DNA of 64,000 nucleotides from the NCBI GenBank assembly GCA_036258315.1, contig DATADX010000029.1, positions 32,769 to 96,768 on the forward strand, in the 5' to 3' direction. Numbering within the stretch: the stretch's first letter is position 1; each line of letters opens with the position of its first letter. Below the pieces are notes generated by a model, which saw nothing but the letters and a program-made list of their open reading frames with translations, was not told the DNA's origin and made no database searches. Positions 1 to 9,460 of the stretch are shown here, piece after piece. The position numbers were made by a program, and so were the translations under genes. The DNA is from Solirubrobacterales bacterium. Lineage in GTDB: Bacteria > Actinomycetota > Thermoleophilia > Solirubrobacterales > 70-9.

Positions 1-790
1 CTCGCAGGCGCTTCACGAACGCGACTCGGAGGTTCTGGCCGTAGAGGTCGCCGTCGAAATCGAGCAGGTAGGCCTCGACGAGGAGCCCGCGCCCGGTCTC
101 GAAGGTCGGCCGGACGCCGACGTTGACCGCGGCGGGATGACCGTTGGCGAACCCCGCGTACACGCCGTGCCCGGGGATCACGAGGGAGTCGTCGGGGACG
201 ACGTTCGCCGTCGGAAAGCCGAGCTCGCGGCCGACCCGGTCACCGGTCACGACGTTGCCCTCGAGCATGAACGGCGCCCCGAGGCACACCATCGCCTGCT
301 CGACGTCGCCCGCCCCGACGAGGGCGCGGATCCTGCTCGAGGAGACCGTCTCGCCGGCGACCTCGACGAGCGGCACGACGCGGGTCTCGAACTCGTCGCG
401 AGAGGCGAGCATCTCGGGGTCGCCCTTTGCCTTGGCGCCGAACCGGAAGTTCTCACCGACCGACACCTTCGTCGCCCCGAGCCTCCCGATCAGGACGTCC
501 TCGATGAACTGCTCGGCCGTCAGCTTCGAGAACTGGCGGTCGAACGGGATCACGACCAGCTCGTCGACGCCGAGGCCGTCGATCACGTCGCGCTTCACCT
601 TGAAGGGCATGATCAGCTTCGGGGCCGCCTCGGCGTGGATCACCTGGAGCGGGTGCGGGTCGAAGGTGAGCACGGTGTCGGCGTCGTCGATCACCGCCTG
701 GTGGCCGACGTGAACCCCGTCGAAGGTCCCGATTGCGACGTGCCGCTCGCGCGGCTCGGCGTCGGGAAGTCTTGTCACCTGGATGCTCAT
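1..790 (-). CDS. ribF: Bifunctional riboflavin kinase / FAD synthetase, 3' end cut by window edge
   Basis: Not in the ORF track because it has no stop in the window. Manual translation from ATG at 790 gives MSIQVTRLPDAEPRERHVAIGTFDGVHVGHQAVI...GENFRFG...VVTGDRVGRELGFPTANV, typical of RibF. ATGA overlap with the truB stop, and canonical truB-ribF synteny. Confidence 0.85.
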   Translation of the reverse strand, partial: MSIQVTRLPDAEPRERHVAIGTFDGVHVGHQAVIDDADTVLTFDPHPLQVIHAEAAPKLIMPFKVKRDVIDGLGVDELVVIPFDRQFSKLTAEQFIEDVLIGRLGATKVSVGENFRFGAKAKGDPEMLASRDEFETRVVPLVEVAGETVSSSRIRALVGAGDVEQAMVCLGAPFMLEGNVVTGDRVGRELGFPTANVVPDDSLVIPGHGVYAGFANGHPAAVNVGVRPTFETGRGLLVEAYLLDFDGDLYGQNLRVAFVKRLR

Positions 791-1572
791 CCGAGGACGA
801 CCTCTGGCCGCAGATTCTCACCATCTCGGCGCGCGACTGCGATCAGGCGGCCGTCGAGGGTGAGCCGAGCGTGCGTCGCGCCCTCCGGCACCCGGCTGGC
901 GAGCGCGGCGCCGTGCCCGACGCGCTCGGCCTCGGCCGGCTCGAGGCGGCGCTCGGGGAGGAAGCAGGTCAGCTCCTCGACCGTGATCTCGCGATCGCCC
1001 CCGGCCGGGACCTGGAACGGGCCGATCGCCGTCCGGCGGAGCGACTCGCAGTAGGCATCGTCCAGGGTCTCGATCAGGGTGCGGATGTAAGTCCCCGACG
1101 CGCACTCGACCTCGAACCGGGCGGAGGTCGCGTCGTGGTCGAGGAGCTCGGCGCGGTGCACGGTGACCGTCCGCGCCGGCGTCTCGACGGTCTCGCCGCG
1201 GTGCGCCCGCCGGTAGAGGCGCTCGCCCTCGACCTTGACGGCCGAGGTGATCGGGACCCGCTGCTCGACCTCCCCGGTCGGCAGCTCCAGTCTCTCGGGG
1301 ATCCGCCCCGTCTCGGTCAGCTCGCCATCGGGATCGCCGGTGGTCGAGCGCCAGCCGAGCCGCGCGGTGGCGACATAGGTCTTCGGCAAGGCCAGCAGGA
1401 AGCGCTGCAGGCGCGTCGCCCGGCCGAGCAGCACGATCAGGAGCCCGGTCGCGAACGGGTCGAGCGTGCCGGCGTGGCCGGCCTTCACTCCCCCGCGCTC
1501 GCGGCGTACGCGGGCGACGACGTCGTGTGAGGTGACACCGGCGGGCTTGTCCACCAGCAGCGCCCCGGTCAA
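787..1572 (-). CDS. truB: tRNA pseudouridine(55) synthase TruB
   Basis: Motifs LLVDKPAGVTSHDVV and GHAGTLDPFATGLL. The track ORF extends to 1674 but overlaps nrnA. An in-frame TTG at 1572 lies 5 nt after the nrnA stop and gives the usual N-terminus. The start is inferred. Confidence 0.88.
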   Translation of the reverse strand: MTGALLVDKPAGVTSHDVVARVRRERGGVKAGHAGTLDPFATGLLIVLLGRATRLQRFLLALPKTYVATARLGWRSTTGDPDGELTETGRIPERLELPTGEVEQRVPITSAVKVEGERLYRRAHRGETVETPARTVTVHRAELLDHDATSARFEVECASGTYIRTLIETLDDAYCESLRRTAIGPFQVPAGGDREITVEELTCFLPERRLEPAEAERVGHGAALASRVPEGATHARLTLDGRLIAVARRDGENLRPEVVLG

Positions 1573-1576
1573 GCGG

Positions 1577-2566
1577 CTAGCCGGCTCGGGAAAGCTCCGC
1601 GCGAAGGAACGCGAGGATCCGCTCGTAGTCGAGGTCGGTCCCGAATCCAGCGGCGCGGCGGTGGCCTCCCCCACCCTGCTTGCGGGCGATCTCGGACACG
1701 TCGACGCTTCCGTCGGTCGAGCGCAGGCTCACCTTGCGGGCGGTGCGGCTTCCCTGCTGGTCGCGGACGACGGCGGCGATCAGGGCCCCGTCGATCGTGC
1801 GGACGTGATCGATGATCCCCTCGGTCAGCACCTCTCCCCCGCCCGTCGCGGCGTAGTCGGCGGCGGAGATGTACGTGATCGCGAGCGCGCCCTGCCCGTG
1901 CAGCTCGATCTTCTCGAGGGCGCGGGCGAGCAGCTTCAGCTTCTCGATCGGCGCGTGCTCGTAGAGGCGCCGGTAGACGTCGTTGACCTGCACCCCCGCC
2001 TCGAGCAGCGCCGCGGCCATCCGGTGTGAGCGGGCGTCGGTGTTCTCGTACATGAACTTGCCCGTGTCGGTGACGAGGCCCACGTAGAGGGCGTTGGCGA
2101 CCTCGGGCGTCAGGTCGACGCCGAGCAGGCCGGTCAGCTCGTAGACGATCTCGGCGGTGCACGAGGCCTCGACGTCGACGAGGTTGACGTCGCCGAACCG
2201 GGTGTTGTCGTGGTGGTGGTCGATGTTGATCACGCGGGTGCCGTTCGAGAGCCAATCGACGGGCATCCGGTCGATGTTGCCGCAGTCGAGGAAGATCACG
2301 GTGCGATCGGCGAGGTCGGCCGGCGGCTCGTGGAACACCTCCTCGAGCGGCAGGAACCGGTACTCGACCGGGAGCGGGAACTCCTTCGCGCCGAGGAACA
2401 TGATCGAGTCCTTGCCGAGCGCGCCGAGGATCTGGTGCATCGCCAGCAGCGAGCCGAGCGCGTCGCCGTCGGGGTTCTCGTGCGTCGTCAGGAGGAAGCG
2501 CTCGCCGCTGCGAAGCTCCTCCACGACCTCCTGGAGGTCGGTGGGCGTCACCTGCGTCGAGCTCAC
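1577..2566 (-). CDS. nrnA: DHH/DHHA1 phosphoesterase, NrnA-type oligoribonuclease / pAp phosphatase
   Basis: Motifs HENPDGDALGS, DCG, NIDHH, and GGGH near the C-terminus. GTGA overlap with the rbfA stop. Confidence 0.85.
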   Translation of the reverse strand: MSSTQVTPTDLQEVVEELRSGERFLLTTHENPDGDALGSLLAMHQILGALGKDSIMFLGAKEFPLPVEYRFLPLEEVFHEPPADLADRTVIFLDCGNIDRMPVDWLSNGTRVINIDHHHDNTRFGDVNLVDVEASCTAEIVYELTGLLGVDLTPEVANALYVGLVTDTGKFMYENTDARSHRMAAALLEAGVQVNDVYRRLYEHAPIEKLKLLARALEKIELHGQGALAITYISAADYAATGGGEVLTEGIIDHVRTIDGALIAAVVRDQQGSRTARKVSLRSTDGSVDVSEIARKQGGGGHRRAAGFGTDLDYERILAFLRAELSRAG

Positions 2567-2904
2567 CGGTCGAGCAGGCGAGAGATGCGGGCGCCGCGGT
2601 CCACACTCTCGTCATAGTGGAAGGTCAAGGTCGGAATCCGCTTGATGCGCATCTCGCTCGCGATCTTGCCTTGAAGAAACCCATGAGAGGACCCGAGCCC
2701 GGCGAGCGTCTCATCGCGCTCGGCTGCTGAGCCGAGCACGCTCACGTATACGCGCGCGGTGCGCAGGTCGGGAGAGGTGTCTACGTCGGTCACGGTCACG
2801 AATCCGATTCGAGGATCCTTCAACTCGGTCGCTATCGCGGCAGCGAGGACCTCGCGAATCGCCTCGTTGACGCGCCGCATCCGGGCGGTTGGCATCTCGC
2901 CCAT
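2563..2904 (-). CDS. rbfA: Ribosome-binding factor A
   Basis: 113 aa. RMRRVNEAIREVLA...DPRIGFVTVTDV..SPDLRTARVYVSVLG matches the RbfA pattern. infB-rbfA synteny. Confidence 0.9.
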   Translation of the reverse strand: MGEMPTARMRRVNEAIREVLAAAIATELKDPRIGFVTVTDVDTSPDLRTARVYVSVLGSAAERDETLAGLGSSHGFLQGKIASEMRIKRIPTLTFHYDESVDRGARISRLLDR

Positions 2905-2955
2905 GACCCTAACAGCCAGCAGTAAATGAGAATCAGGGCGCGTTGCAGCGATCCG

Positions 2956-3252
2956 CTAGCCGCGGATGTCCTCCAGGCTGAGCAGATCGCGCTCGAACGC
3001 GCAGCCATCGGGGCAGCGGCTCTCGATGAAGCGCTGCACGGCATCCGCACGGTCTCCCACCTCGGGCCCGCCGACGAGCGCGCAGACGAGCGTTGAGCGC
3101 TGCCACTTGTCGTGTCCCTCGGTCTCCGCGACCGATGCTCCGAAGCGATCGCGAATCCCGTCCTTGAGCGACTTCAGCAGCTTGCGCTTCCCCTTCAGGT
3201 CCTGGACCTCACCGAAATGAAGCCGCGCCTCGAGGACGCAGACGAAGGTCAC
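2956..3252 (-). CDS. DUF503 (YlxP-like) small protein
   Basis: 98 aa. Sits between infB and rbfA, where ylxP-type DUF503 genes normally lie. The N-terminus (LEARLHFGEVQDLKGKRK) is typical. Confidence 0.7.
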   Translation of the reverse strand: MTFVCVLEARLHFGEVQDLKGKRKLLKSLKDGIRDRFGASVAETEGHDKWQRSTLVCALVGGPEVGDRADAVQRFIESRCPDGCAFERDLLSLEDIRG

Positions 3253-3256
3253 GCCG

Positions 3257-5554
3257 CTACTCGAGCGTCTTCTCGACCTGCTTGACCTCGAACAGCTCGA
3301 GCACGTCGCCTTCCTTCACGTCGGCGAAGCCCTCGAGCACGATCCCGCACTCCTGGCCCTCCTCCACCTCGGCGACGTCGTCCTTGAAGCGCCGCAGCGA
3401 GCCGACCCGGCCCGACCAGATGATCGTGCCGTCGCGCACGAGGCGGACCTGCGCGCCGCGGGTCACCTTGCCGTCTGTGACCAGGCAGCCCGCGATCGTG
3501 CCGACGCGGGAAGCCTTGAAGGTCTGCTTGACCTCGGCCTGGCCGAGGGTCTCCTCGACCTCCTCGGGCTCGAGCATGCCCTCCATCGCCGCCCGGAGAT
3601 CCTCGGTGACCTTGTAGATCACGGTGTAGGTACGGATGTCGACCCCCTCGCGGTCGGCGGCGCGGCGAGCCTCGACGAGCGGGCGCACGTTGAAGCCGAT
3701 GATCACCGCGTCCGAGGCCGAGGCGAGCATCACGTCGGACTCGTTGATACCGCCGGTCTGGGCGTGGATCACGTTGACCGCGATCTGGTCCTGGGGCACC
3801 TTGGCGATCTCGTCCTCGAGCGCCTCGAGCGAGCCGGCGACGTCCGCCTTGAGCACGATGTTGAGCTCCTGGAGCTGCCCCTCGCGCGCCTTCTCGAAGA
3901 CCTCCTCCAGGGTGACCTTGCGGGTCTGGCGGCGCGCCAGCGCCTCCGACTTCAGGCGGGTCTCCCGCTCCTGGGCGAGCTGCCGGGCGCGGCGCTCGTT
4001 CTCGACCACCTGCACGTGCTCGCCGGCCTCGCAGACGCCGTCGAACCCGAGCACCTCGACCGGCATTCCGGGGGTCGCCTCCTGGACCCGCTCGCCGCGG
4101 TGATCGAGCATCGCCCGGACCTTGCCCCATACGGCGCCGGCGACGACGGCGTCACCGACCTTGAGGGTGCCCCGCTGGACGAGCACGCCGGTGACCGGGC
4201 CGCGCCCCGGGTCGAGTTGGGACTCGATCACGGCGCCGGAGGCGGGGGCGTTCGGGTTGGCGGCGAGCTCCTCCAGATCGGTGACGAGCACGATCATCTC
4301 GAGCAGGTTGTCGAGCCCGTCCTTGGTCTTCGCGGAGACGTCGGCGTAGACGGTGTGGCCTCCCCACTCCTCGGGGTTGAGGTCGTGGTTGGCGAGCTCG
4401 GTGCGGACGCGATTCGGGTCGGCTCCCTCCTTGTCGACCTTGTTGACGGCGACCAGCATCGGCACGTCGGCGGCGCGGGCGTGGTCGATCGCCTCGACGG
4501 TCTGCGGCATCACGCCGTCGTCGGCGGCGACGACGATCACGGCGACGTCGGTGACCGACGCGCCGCGCGCCCGCATCGCCGTGAACGCCTCGTGGCCTGG
4601 GGTGTCGAGGAAGGTGAGCGTCCTGCCGTCGTGGCGGACCTGGTAGGCGCCGATGTGCTGGGTGATCCCGCCGGCCTCTCCGGCCGCCACCTCGGTCTGG
4701 CGGATCGCGTCCAGCAGCGAGGTCTTGCCGTGGTCGACGTGTCCCATCACGGTGACGACGGGCGGGCGCTCCTTCAGGTCCTTCGGGTCGTCCTCGATCG
4801 CGGGCGCCTCGATCTCCTCCTCCGCAGCGGTGACGATCTCGACCTTGCGGTCGAACCTCTTCGCGATCGCCTCGATCGAGTCGTCGGTGAGGGTCTGGGT
4901 CAGGGTCGCCATCTGGCCGCCCTCCATCAGCGCCTTGATCAGCTCGGAGGCGCCGAGCCCGAGTGACTCGGCCACCTCGCGGACGGTCGCTCCGGAGTTG
5001 ACCTTGATCGTCGGCGCCTCCTCCGGGGCCTCCTGCGAGCGGTCGACCGGCTCTTCGAGGAGCGGCCTGCGGCGGCGTCCGCCCCTTCGACGGGGCGGGC
5101 GCGGCGGCGGCTGATTCTTGTTCATCTGCTCGCGGCGTGCGGCCTGCGAGTCGATCACGACGCGGCGCCTCTTCTTCCCACCGGCCTTGGCCTCGCCGGA
5201 GGCGGCCTTGGCCTGCAACGGCCGCACGGGAGCCTGCGGCTCTCCGTCGCTCTTCGCGGCTGCAGCGGGGGCGGCCGTCGGCGCCGCCGCGGCCTTCGGC
5301 TTCGGAGCCTGCTTCGGCTTCGCGGCGGGCTTCGGCTTCGCGGCGGGCTTCGGCTCCTCCCTGGTCGCCGCCTTCGGCCTCTCCTTGGTGGCCGTGCCGC
5401 CGCCGGAGCCCTTCAGGGCGGCCAGTGCGTCCGACTCCTCGACACTCGACTGGGCGGCCTTCGCCTCGATGCCGGCCGACTTCAGCGCGGCGAGGACTTC
5501 CTTGCTCGTCAGGCCCTGGGCCTTCGCTATCTCGTGAACTCGCTTCTTCGCCAA
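3257..5554 (-). CDS. infB: Translation initiation factor IF-2
   Basis: 765 aa. GTPase motifs [14 protein letters not shown] and NKVD. Ala/Pro/Lys-rich N-terminal linker. Follows nusA. Confidence 0.97.
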   Translation of the reverse strand: MAKKRVHEIAKAQGLTSKEVLAALKSAGIEAKAAQSSVEESDALAALKGSGGGTATKERPKAATREEPKPAAKPKPAAKPKQAPKPKAAAAPTAAPAAAAKSDGEPQAPVRPLQAKAASGEAKAGGKKRRRVVIDSQAARREQMNKNQPPPRPPRRRGGRRRRPLLEEPVDRSQEAPEEAPTIKVNSGATVREVAESLGLGASELIKALMEGGQMATLTQTLTDDSIEAIAKRFDRKVEIVTAAEEEIEAPAIEDDPKDLKERPPVVTVMGHVDHGKTSLLDAIRQTEVAAGEAGGITQHIGAYQVRHDGRTLTFLDTPGHEAFTAMRARGASVTDVAVIVVAADDGVMPQTVEAIDHARAADVPMLVAVNKVDKEGADPNRVRTELANHDLNPEEWGGHTVYADVSAKTKDGLDNLLEMIVLVTDLEELAANPNAPASGAVIESQLDPGRGPVTGVLVQRGTLKVGDAVVAGAVWGKVRAMLDHRGERVQEATPGMPVEVLGFDGVCEAGEHVQVVENERRARQLAQERETRLKSEALARRQTRKVTLEEVFEKAREGQLQELNIVLKADVAGSLEALEDEIAKVPQDQIAVNVIHAQTGGINESDVMLASASDAVIIGFNVRPLVEARRAADREGVDIRTYTVIYKVTEDLRAAMEGMLEPEEVEETLGQAEVKQTFKASRVGTIAGCLVTDGKVTRGAQVRLVRDGTIIWSGRVGSLRRFKDDVAEVEEGQECGIVLEGFADVKEGDVLELFEVKQVEKTLE

Positions 5555-5563
5555 CTTCGCCGT

Positions 5564-7318
5564 TTACTCCCCGGCCGTCCGCTCGTCGGCGGCCTTGACG
5601 GTCTCGGGCTCGTCGGAGCTCTGCGCCTCTGGCGCACCGCCGTCCTGCGGGCTCTCCTGGTCGGATCCTTCTCCGCTCGTCTCGGCCTCGGCGTCGTCGT
5701 CCTCCGACTCCTCGGCCGCCTTCTCGCCAGCCTCTGCCTCGGCCTCTGCCTCGGCGGGCTCTTCGGCCTCCGCTGCCTCGGCCTCGTCCTCAACGACCTC
5801 CTCCGCCGCGGCCTCGGCGGCTTCCTCGGCCTCCTCGCCCTCGCCGGACTCCTCCGCCTCGGCCTCCTCCTCGACCGCCTCGGCGGCGGCCGCGTCGAAC
5901 TGGCTCTCGGCCCTGTCGACGATCGCCGCGACGTCGTCCTCGGGCGCATCGGGGGCTGCGAGCTTCTCGACCTCGTCGTCGCCGAGCGGGGAGAGGACGG
6001 CCACCTGGTTGGTGTCGAACCGGGCCAGCGCCTGATGCTGGGGCAGGCCGCAGTAGTGCGAGCCCTCGAGCGCCGCGTTCGGGCAGCGGCGCCCCGTCGT
6101 CAGCACCGCCATGCAGCGGCCGTCGGCGGCGGTCTCCTCACCCTCGTACTCGATGTCCTGCTCCTGCTGGGCGAAGTCCGTCTCGGAGGTGATGTCGACC
6201 TTCCAGCCGGTCAGCCGAGCCGCCAGCCGCGCGTTCTGGCCGTCGCGCCCGATCGCCAGCGAGAGCTGGTCGTCGGGGACGATCACGGTTGCCTCCTTGG
6301 TCTCGTCGTCGACGAGCACCTCCCGCACGCGGGCGGGAGAGAGCGCCTTGGCGACGAACCGGGCGGGCTCCTCGTTGAAGGGAATGATGTCGATCTTCTC
6401 GCCGCGGAGCTCGGAAACGACCATCCGCACCCGCGAGCCGCGGGGGCCGACGCAGGCGCCGACCGGGTCCACCCCGTCGGCATGAGAGATGACGGCGATC
6501 TTCGAGCGCCAGCCCGGCTCGCGGGCGACGCCGGTGATCTCGACCAGCTTGTCGGCGATCTCGGGCACCTCGAGCTCGAACAGCTTCTTGATCAGCTCGG
6601 GGTTGCGGCGTGAGACGACGATGCTCGGGCCCTTGGTGTCAGCGGATACGTCGGTGATCACGGCCTTCACCCGCATCCCGTGGTCGTAGCGCTCGTTGTA
6701 GACCTGCTCGGATCGAGGCAGCAGCGCCTCGACCCGCTCGCGCAGCTGCACGAGGGTGTAGCGGTTGTCGGACTGCTGGATGATCCCGGTGATCAGCTCG
6801 CCGACGCGGTCCTTGTACTCCTCGTACATCATCCCGCGCTCGGCCTCGCGGATCCGCTGCAGGATCACCTGCTTGGCCGTCTGGGCGGCGATCCGCCCGA
6901 AGTCCTCTGGCGTGACGTCGCGCGTCTCGATCTGATCGAGGTGGGGCTGCAGGCGCTCGGGCTCGACCTCGGGCTCCTCGCTCTCGCGGCGCTCGCCCGT
7001 CTCGGGATCGACGCTGGGTCCGCTCTGCTGGATCTCGGGCACCGGCTCGCCGGCGGCCTCGGCCGCCTCGGCCGCCTGGAGCTGCTCCTCGAACTGCTCG
7101 TCGAGCAGCCGCTGCTCGAGCTCCTCGGGGACGATCAGCTCGAAGACGCGGAAGTCCGCGGTGTTGTGGTCCAGCTCGACCTTGGCGTACTTCGCCGAGT
7201 TCGGGGTCTTCTTGTACGCGGAGAGGAGCGCATCGGAGAGCGCGTCCATCAGAGTGTCAGCGGCGATTCCCTTCTCCTGCTCCAGCGCCCTGACGGCGTC
7301 CACTATGTCCTGAGTCAC
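5564..7318 (-). CDS. nusA: Transcription termination/antitermination factor NusA with atypical insert and long acidic C-terminal tail
   Basis: 584 aa with an S1 region and two KH regions (GACVGPRGSRV, LAIGRDGQNARLAARLTGW). It also has an acidic insert after the N-terminal domain, a Cys/His cluster and an approximately 140-aa Glu/Ala tail. GTGA overlap with rimP. Confidence 0.95.
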   Translation of the reverse strand: MTQDIVDAVRALEQEKGIAADTLMDALSDALLSAYKKTPNSAKYAKVELDHNTADFRVFELIVPEELEQRLLDEQFEEQLQAAEAAEAAGEPVPEIQQSGPSVDPETGERRESEEPEVEPERLQPHLDQIETRDVTPEDFGRIAAQTAKQVILQRIREAERGMMYEEYKDRVGELITGIIQQSDNRYTLVQLRERVEALLPRSEQVYNERYDHGMRVKAVITDVSADTKGPSIVVSRRNPELIKKLFELEVPEIADKLVEITGVAREPGWRSKIAVISHADGVDPVGACVGPRGSRVRMVVSELRGEKIDIIPFNEEPARFVAKALSPARVREVLVDDETKEATVIVPDDQLSLAIGRDGQNARLAARLTGWKVDITSETDFAQQEQDIEYEGEETAADGRCMAVLTTGRRCPNAALEGSHYCGLPQHQALARFDTNQVAVLSPLGDDEVEKLAAPDAPEDDVAAIVDRAESQFDAAAAEAVEEEAEAEESGEGEEAEEAAEAAAEEVVEDEAEAAEAEEPAEAEAEAEAGEKAAEESEDDDAEAETSGEGSDQESPQDGGAPEAQSSDEPETVKAADERTAGE

Positions 7319-7764
7319 GCAGCCACCTCCTTTGCGTCGGGTAGTAGGTTCGAGCGGCGCACCGCGGCGAGCGGAATCGACACCGGTCCGTCCCCCGAGT
7401 CGACGCTGACCGTCTCGTCGTCGGCGCCGGCCAGGCGTCCGGTGAAGCTCTTGTGGCCGGCGACCTCCTCCGAGGTGCGGACCCGGACGCGGTGCCCGAT
7501 GAAGCGGCGGAAGTGCTCCGGCTTCGTCAGCGGGCGCTCAGGGCCGGGCGAGGAGACCTCCAGCGCCCAATCCTCGTTCACGTCCCGGAGATGGCCCGTG
7601 ACGGTCTCGCACAGCGCGAGATCGACGCCCCCCTCGCGGTCGATCGTGATCCGGAGGCGCTCAGCCGCGACCTGCTCGAGCGCGAGCAGCTCGACGTCCG
7701 GCTGGTTCTCGCGCAGCCGCCCCTCGATCGTCTCCTCAAGCCGGTTCAGCTCTCTGTCGCTCAT
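7315..7764 (-). CDS. rimP: Ribosome maturation factor RimP
   Basis: Motif EVSSPGPERPL. The internal ATG at 7764 is preceded by GGAGAGAAGG. The upstream part of the track ORF (to 7869) runs through a promoter/terminator region and was discarded. Confidence 0.85.
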   Translation of the reverse strand: MSDRELNRLEETIEGRLRENQPDVELLALEQVAAERLRITIDREGGVDLALCETVTGHLRDVNEDWALEVSSPGPERPLTKPEHFRRFIGHRVRVRTSEEVAGHKSFTGRLAGADDETVSVDSGDGPVSIPLAAVRRSNLLPDAKEVAA

Positions 7765-7794
7765 CCTTCTCTCCGTGAACCGGGGTCGGTGCCC

Positions 7795-7816
7795 AAAAAA
7801 AGGCGGGCAACCGCCC
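7795..7816 (-). terminator. Intrinsic terminator-like hairpin in the rimP-nusA-infB leader (candidate attenuator)
   Basis: The minus strand reads GGGCGG-TTG-CCCGCC followed by TTTTTTT. It lies 30 nt upstream of the rimP ATG and downstream of a candidate promoter. Confidence 0.6.
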
Positions 7817-7858
7817 ACCTTTCGACACGCATCCGGTGTGAAAAAGGTTCCGGCAGCG

Positions 7859-7886
7859 AGTATAGCCACGCCTGTTGCTTGCGCAA
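7859..7886 (-). promoter_or_regulatory. Candidate sigma-70-type promoter of the rimP-nusA-infB operon
   Basis: The minus strand reads TTGCGC-N16-TATACT in a locally AT-richer stretch. Identified by eye only. Confidence 0.4.
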
Positions 7887-7899
7887 GGCGAGCGAAAGA

Positions 7900-7928
7900 G
7901 GCGGGCCGCGCCTCGCGCGCGACCCGCC
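7900..7928 (-). terminator. GC-rich hairpin after the lipoprotein gene
   Basis: The minus strand reads GGCGGGTCGCGCG-CGAG-GCGCGGCCCGCC followed by TCTTTC, 20 nt after the stop at 7948. Confidence 0.45.
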
Positions 7929-7947
7929 GTTCCGCTCCAGGCCGGCG

Positions 7948-9333
7948 CTAGCCGGCCTGCTGAATCCCGGCGGTCAGGTCGCGGAGCTGCTGCGCCGTCT
8001 CGGCTGCGGCGCCGAGATCCTCGTCCCCCACGGCGCCGTTCAGCTCCTCGAGCAGCGTGTTGACCTCGACCCGGTCGGGTTCGGCGATCGTGTGCTGAAT
8101 CCGATCCCGCAGGTAGTCGATGGTGAAGAAATCGCCATTGACCAGAGCGGGGTCGCCCGCCTTCGCGTCGAGCCCGAGCTGTGCGAGCCAGAGTTGGAAG
8201 CGCGCGAAATCGACCTCGGTCGCTGGACGGTGACGGAGCTGCAGGTCGTAGGCCGACTGGGCGACGTCGATCGCCGCCTGGCTCGCCTTCGCCTGTTCGC
8301 CCGCATCGACCGCGCGGCGGAGCCTGCGGAGCGACGCGCTCATCAGCGGTTCGATGTTGTCCGGCACCTGACCGGCCTGGACCGTCTTCCAGGCGTCGCC
8401 CATCCGCGCGATTGTGCCCTTGGCCGAGCTGCCGAGCTGCCCGGCGCCGTAGATCCGCTCGGCTCCGGCCGCCAGCGCCTCGAGCTCGGCGGGGGTCGGC
8501 CCGTCGAGCCGGTCGGTTGGCACGGCCAGGGAGATCGCCTCGACGTCGCCCGCGCCACCGGTGAGGAACTCCCCGTAGCCGGGACCGAACGTCTTCGTCT
8601 CGCGGGCGCTGTCGAGCAGGTGGAGCTCCCGGATCTCGAGCCCGCCCTCGACGGGGCCGAGCGGCCCTTGGAGCGTCTTGTCGACCGCCTTCACCGTCAC
8701 CTCCTCGAACACGAACCCGGGGATGTTCTCGGGCCGGTACACCTGTCCGACCTGCGGATCCGCAGGCATGATCATCGCCGCCGGGCCATCCTTGCTTGCG
8801 ATCCAGGTCCCGTGCGTGTCGACGATGACGCCGTCTCTGAAGTTGAAGACGTCCTCGCCGAAGTACCACACGGCCCCGCTGTCGTCCTGGGCGTAGAAGT
8901 CATACGCCACCTCGTGCAGGCGCCCGCTCAGGAACGCGACGTACTGCGAGACGAGCACCTCCACCCGCTGTCCCTCCCACTCGATGATCCTGGTCTCGGG
9001 GAGCAGCGTCACCTCGGTCCTGAACGGCTCGCCATCGACCTGGCCGAGAAGCAGGACCGATTCCTGCTTCGAGACGGGGAAGAGCGAATTCGTGACCTCG
9101 GTCGGATTCGAGAAGGTCGGAACCTCCAGGTCTACTCTCCTGCTCTCGGGCGCGACCCGCGGATCGTCGACGGCCGGTTGCGGGATCGTTCCCGATCGTG
9201 TCTCAGCAGTCCCGTTCCCATCGCCGCCGCAGCCGGCCTGGACGAGCCCAGCGCAGAGCGCCAGCAGCAGCGCGAGGCCGACGGTGGTCTTGCCGGTCGA
9301 TCTCACCCGTGAAAAGAACGTTCGTGAACGCAT
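7948..9333 (-). CDS. Hypothetical lipoprotein
   Basis: Signal peptide with lipobox LVQAGC. The second ATG (9333) is preferred because GGAGGTG lies 6 nt upstream. No domain recognised by eye. Confidence 0.65.
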   Translation of the reverse strand: MRSRTFFSRVRSTGKTTVGLALLLALCAGLVQAGCGGDGNGTAETRSGTIPQPAVDDPRVAPESRRVDLEVPTFSNPTEVTNSLFPVSKQESVLLLGQVDGEPFRTEVTLLPETRIIEWEGQRVEVLVSQYVAFLSGRLHEVAYDFYAQDDSGAVWYFGEDVFNFRDGVIVDTHGTWIASKDGPAAMIMPADPQVGQVYRPENIPGFVFEEVTVKAVDKTLQGPLGPVEGGLEIRELHLLDSARETKTFGPGYGEFLTGGAGDVEAISLAVPTDRLDGPTPAELEALAAGAERIYGAGQLGSSAKGTIARMGDAWKTVQAGQVPDNIEPLMSASLRRLRRAVDAGEQAKASQAAIDVAQSAYDLQLRHRPATEVDFARFQLWLAQLGLDAKAGDPALVNGDFFTIDYLRDRIQHTIAEPDRVEVNTLLEELNGAVGDEDLGAAAETAQQLRDLTAGIQQAG

Positions 9334-9460
9334 TTCGATCACCTCCATCGACCCCCTCGGGGGCCGCCGGGATTTGTGCGGACGCCGCGAACCTATGTAG
9401 GGCCGATTAGGGCCCGGTGAGGCCCCGATGAGAGGCGGATGAGCATCGCCGCGCGCGCTG

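Noticed and set aside
5555-5563. A ylxR (DUF448) or L7Ae-like gene between nusA and infB.
   Set aside because: Only 9 nt separate the two genes, and no small ORF with the YlxR RxCxxC pattern exists in any frame of the flanks. The absence is recorded as part of the NusA finding rather than as a feature.
5118-5949. Arg/Pro-rich ORFs on both strands over the infB 5' end and the nusA 3' end (5137-5598 plus, 5527-5949 minus).
   Set aside because: They are mirror or alternative frames of the low-complexity Ala/Pro/Lys linker of IF-2 and the acidic tail of NusA, and have no independent support.
5564-6000. Periodic GAG/GCC/GCG-rich DNA at the 3' end of nusA as a possible repeat element.
   Set aside because: It is in frame with NusA and simply encodes the Glu/Ala tail. 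No discrete repeat unit with defined boundaries could be extracted.
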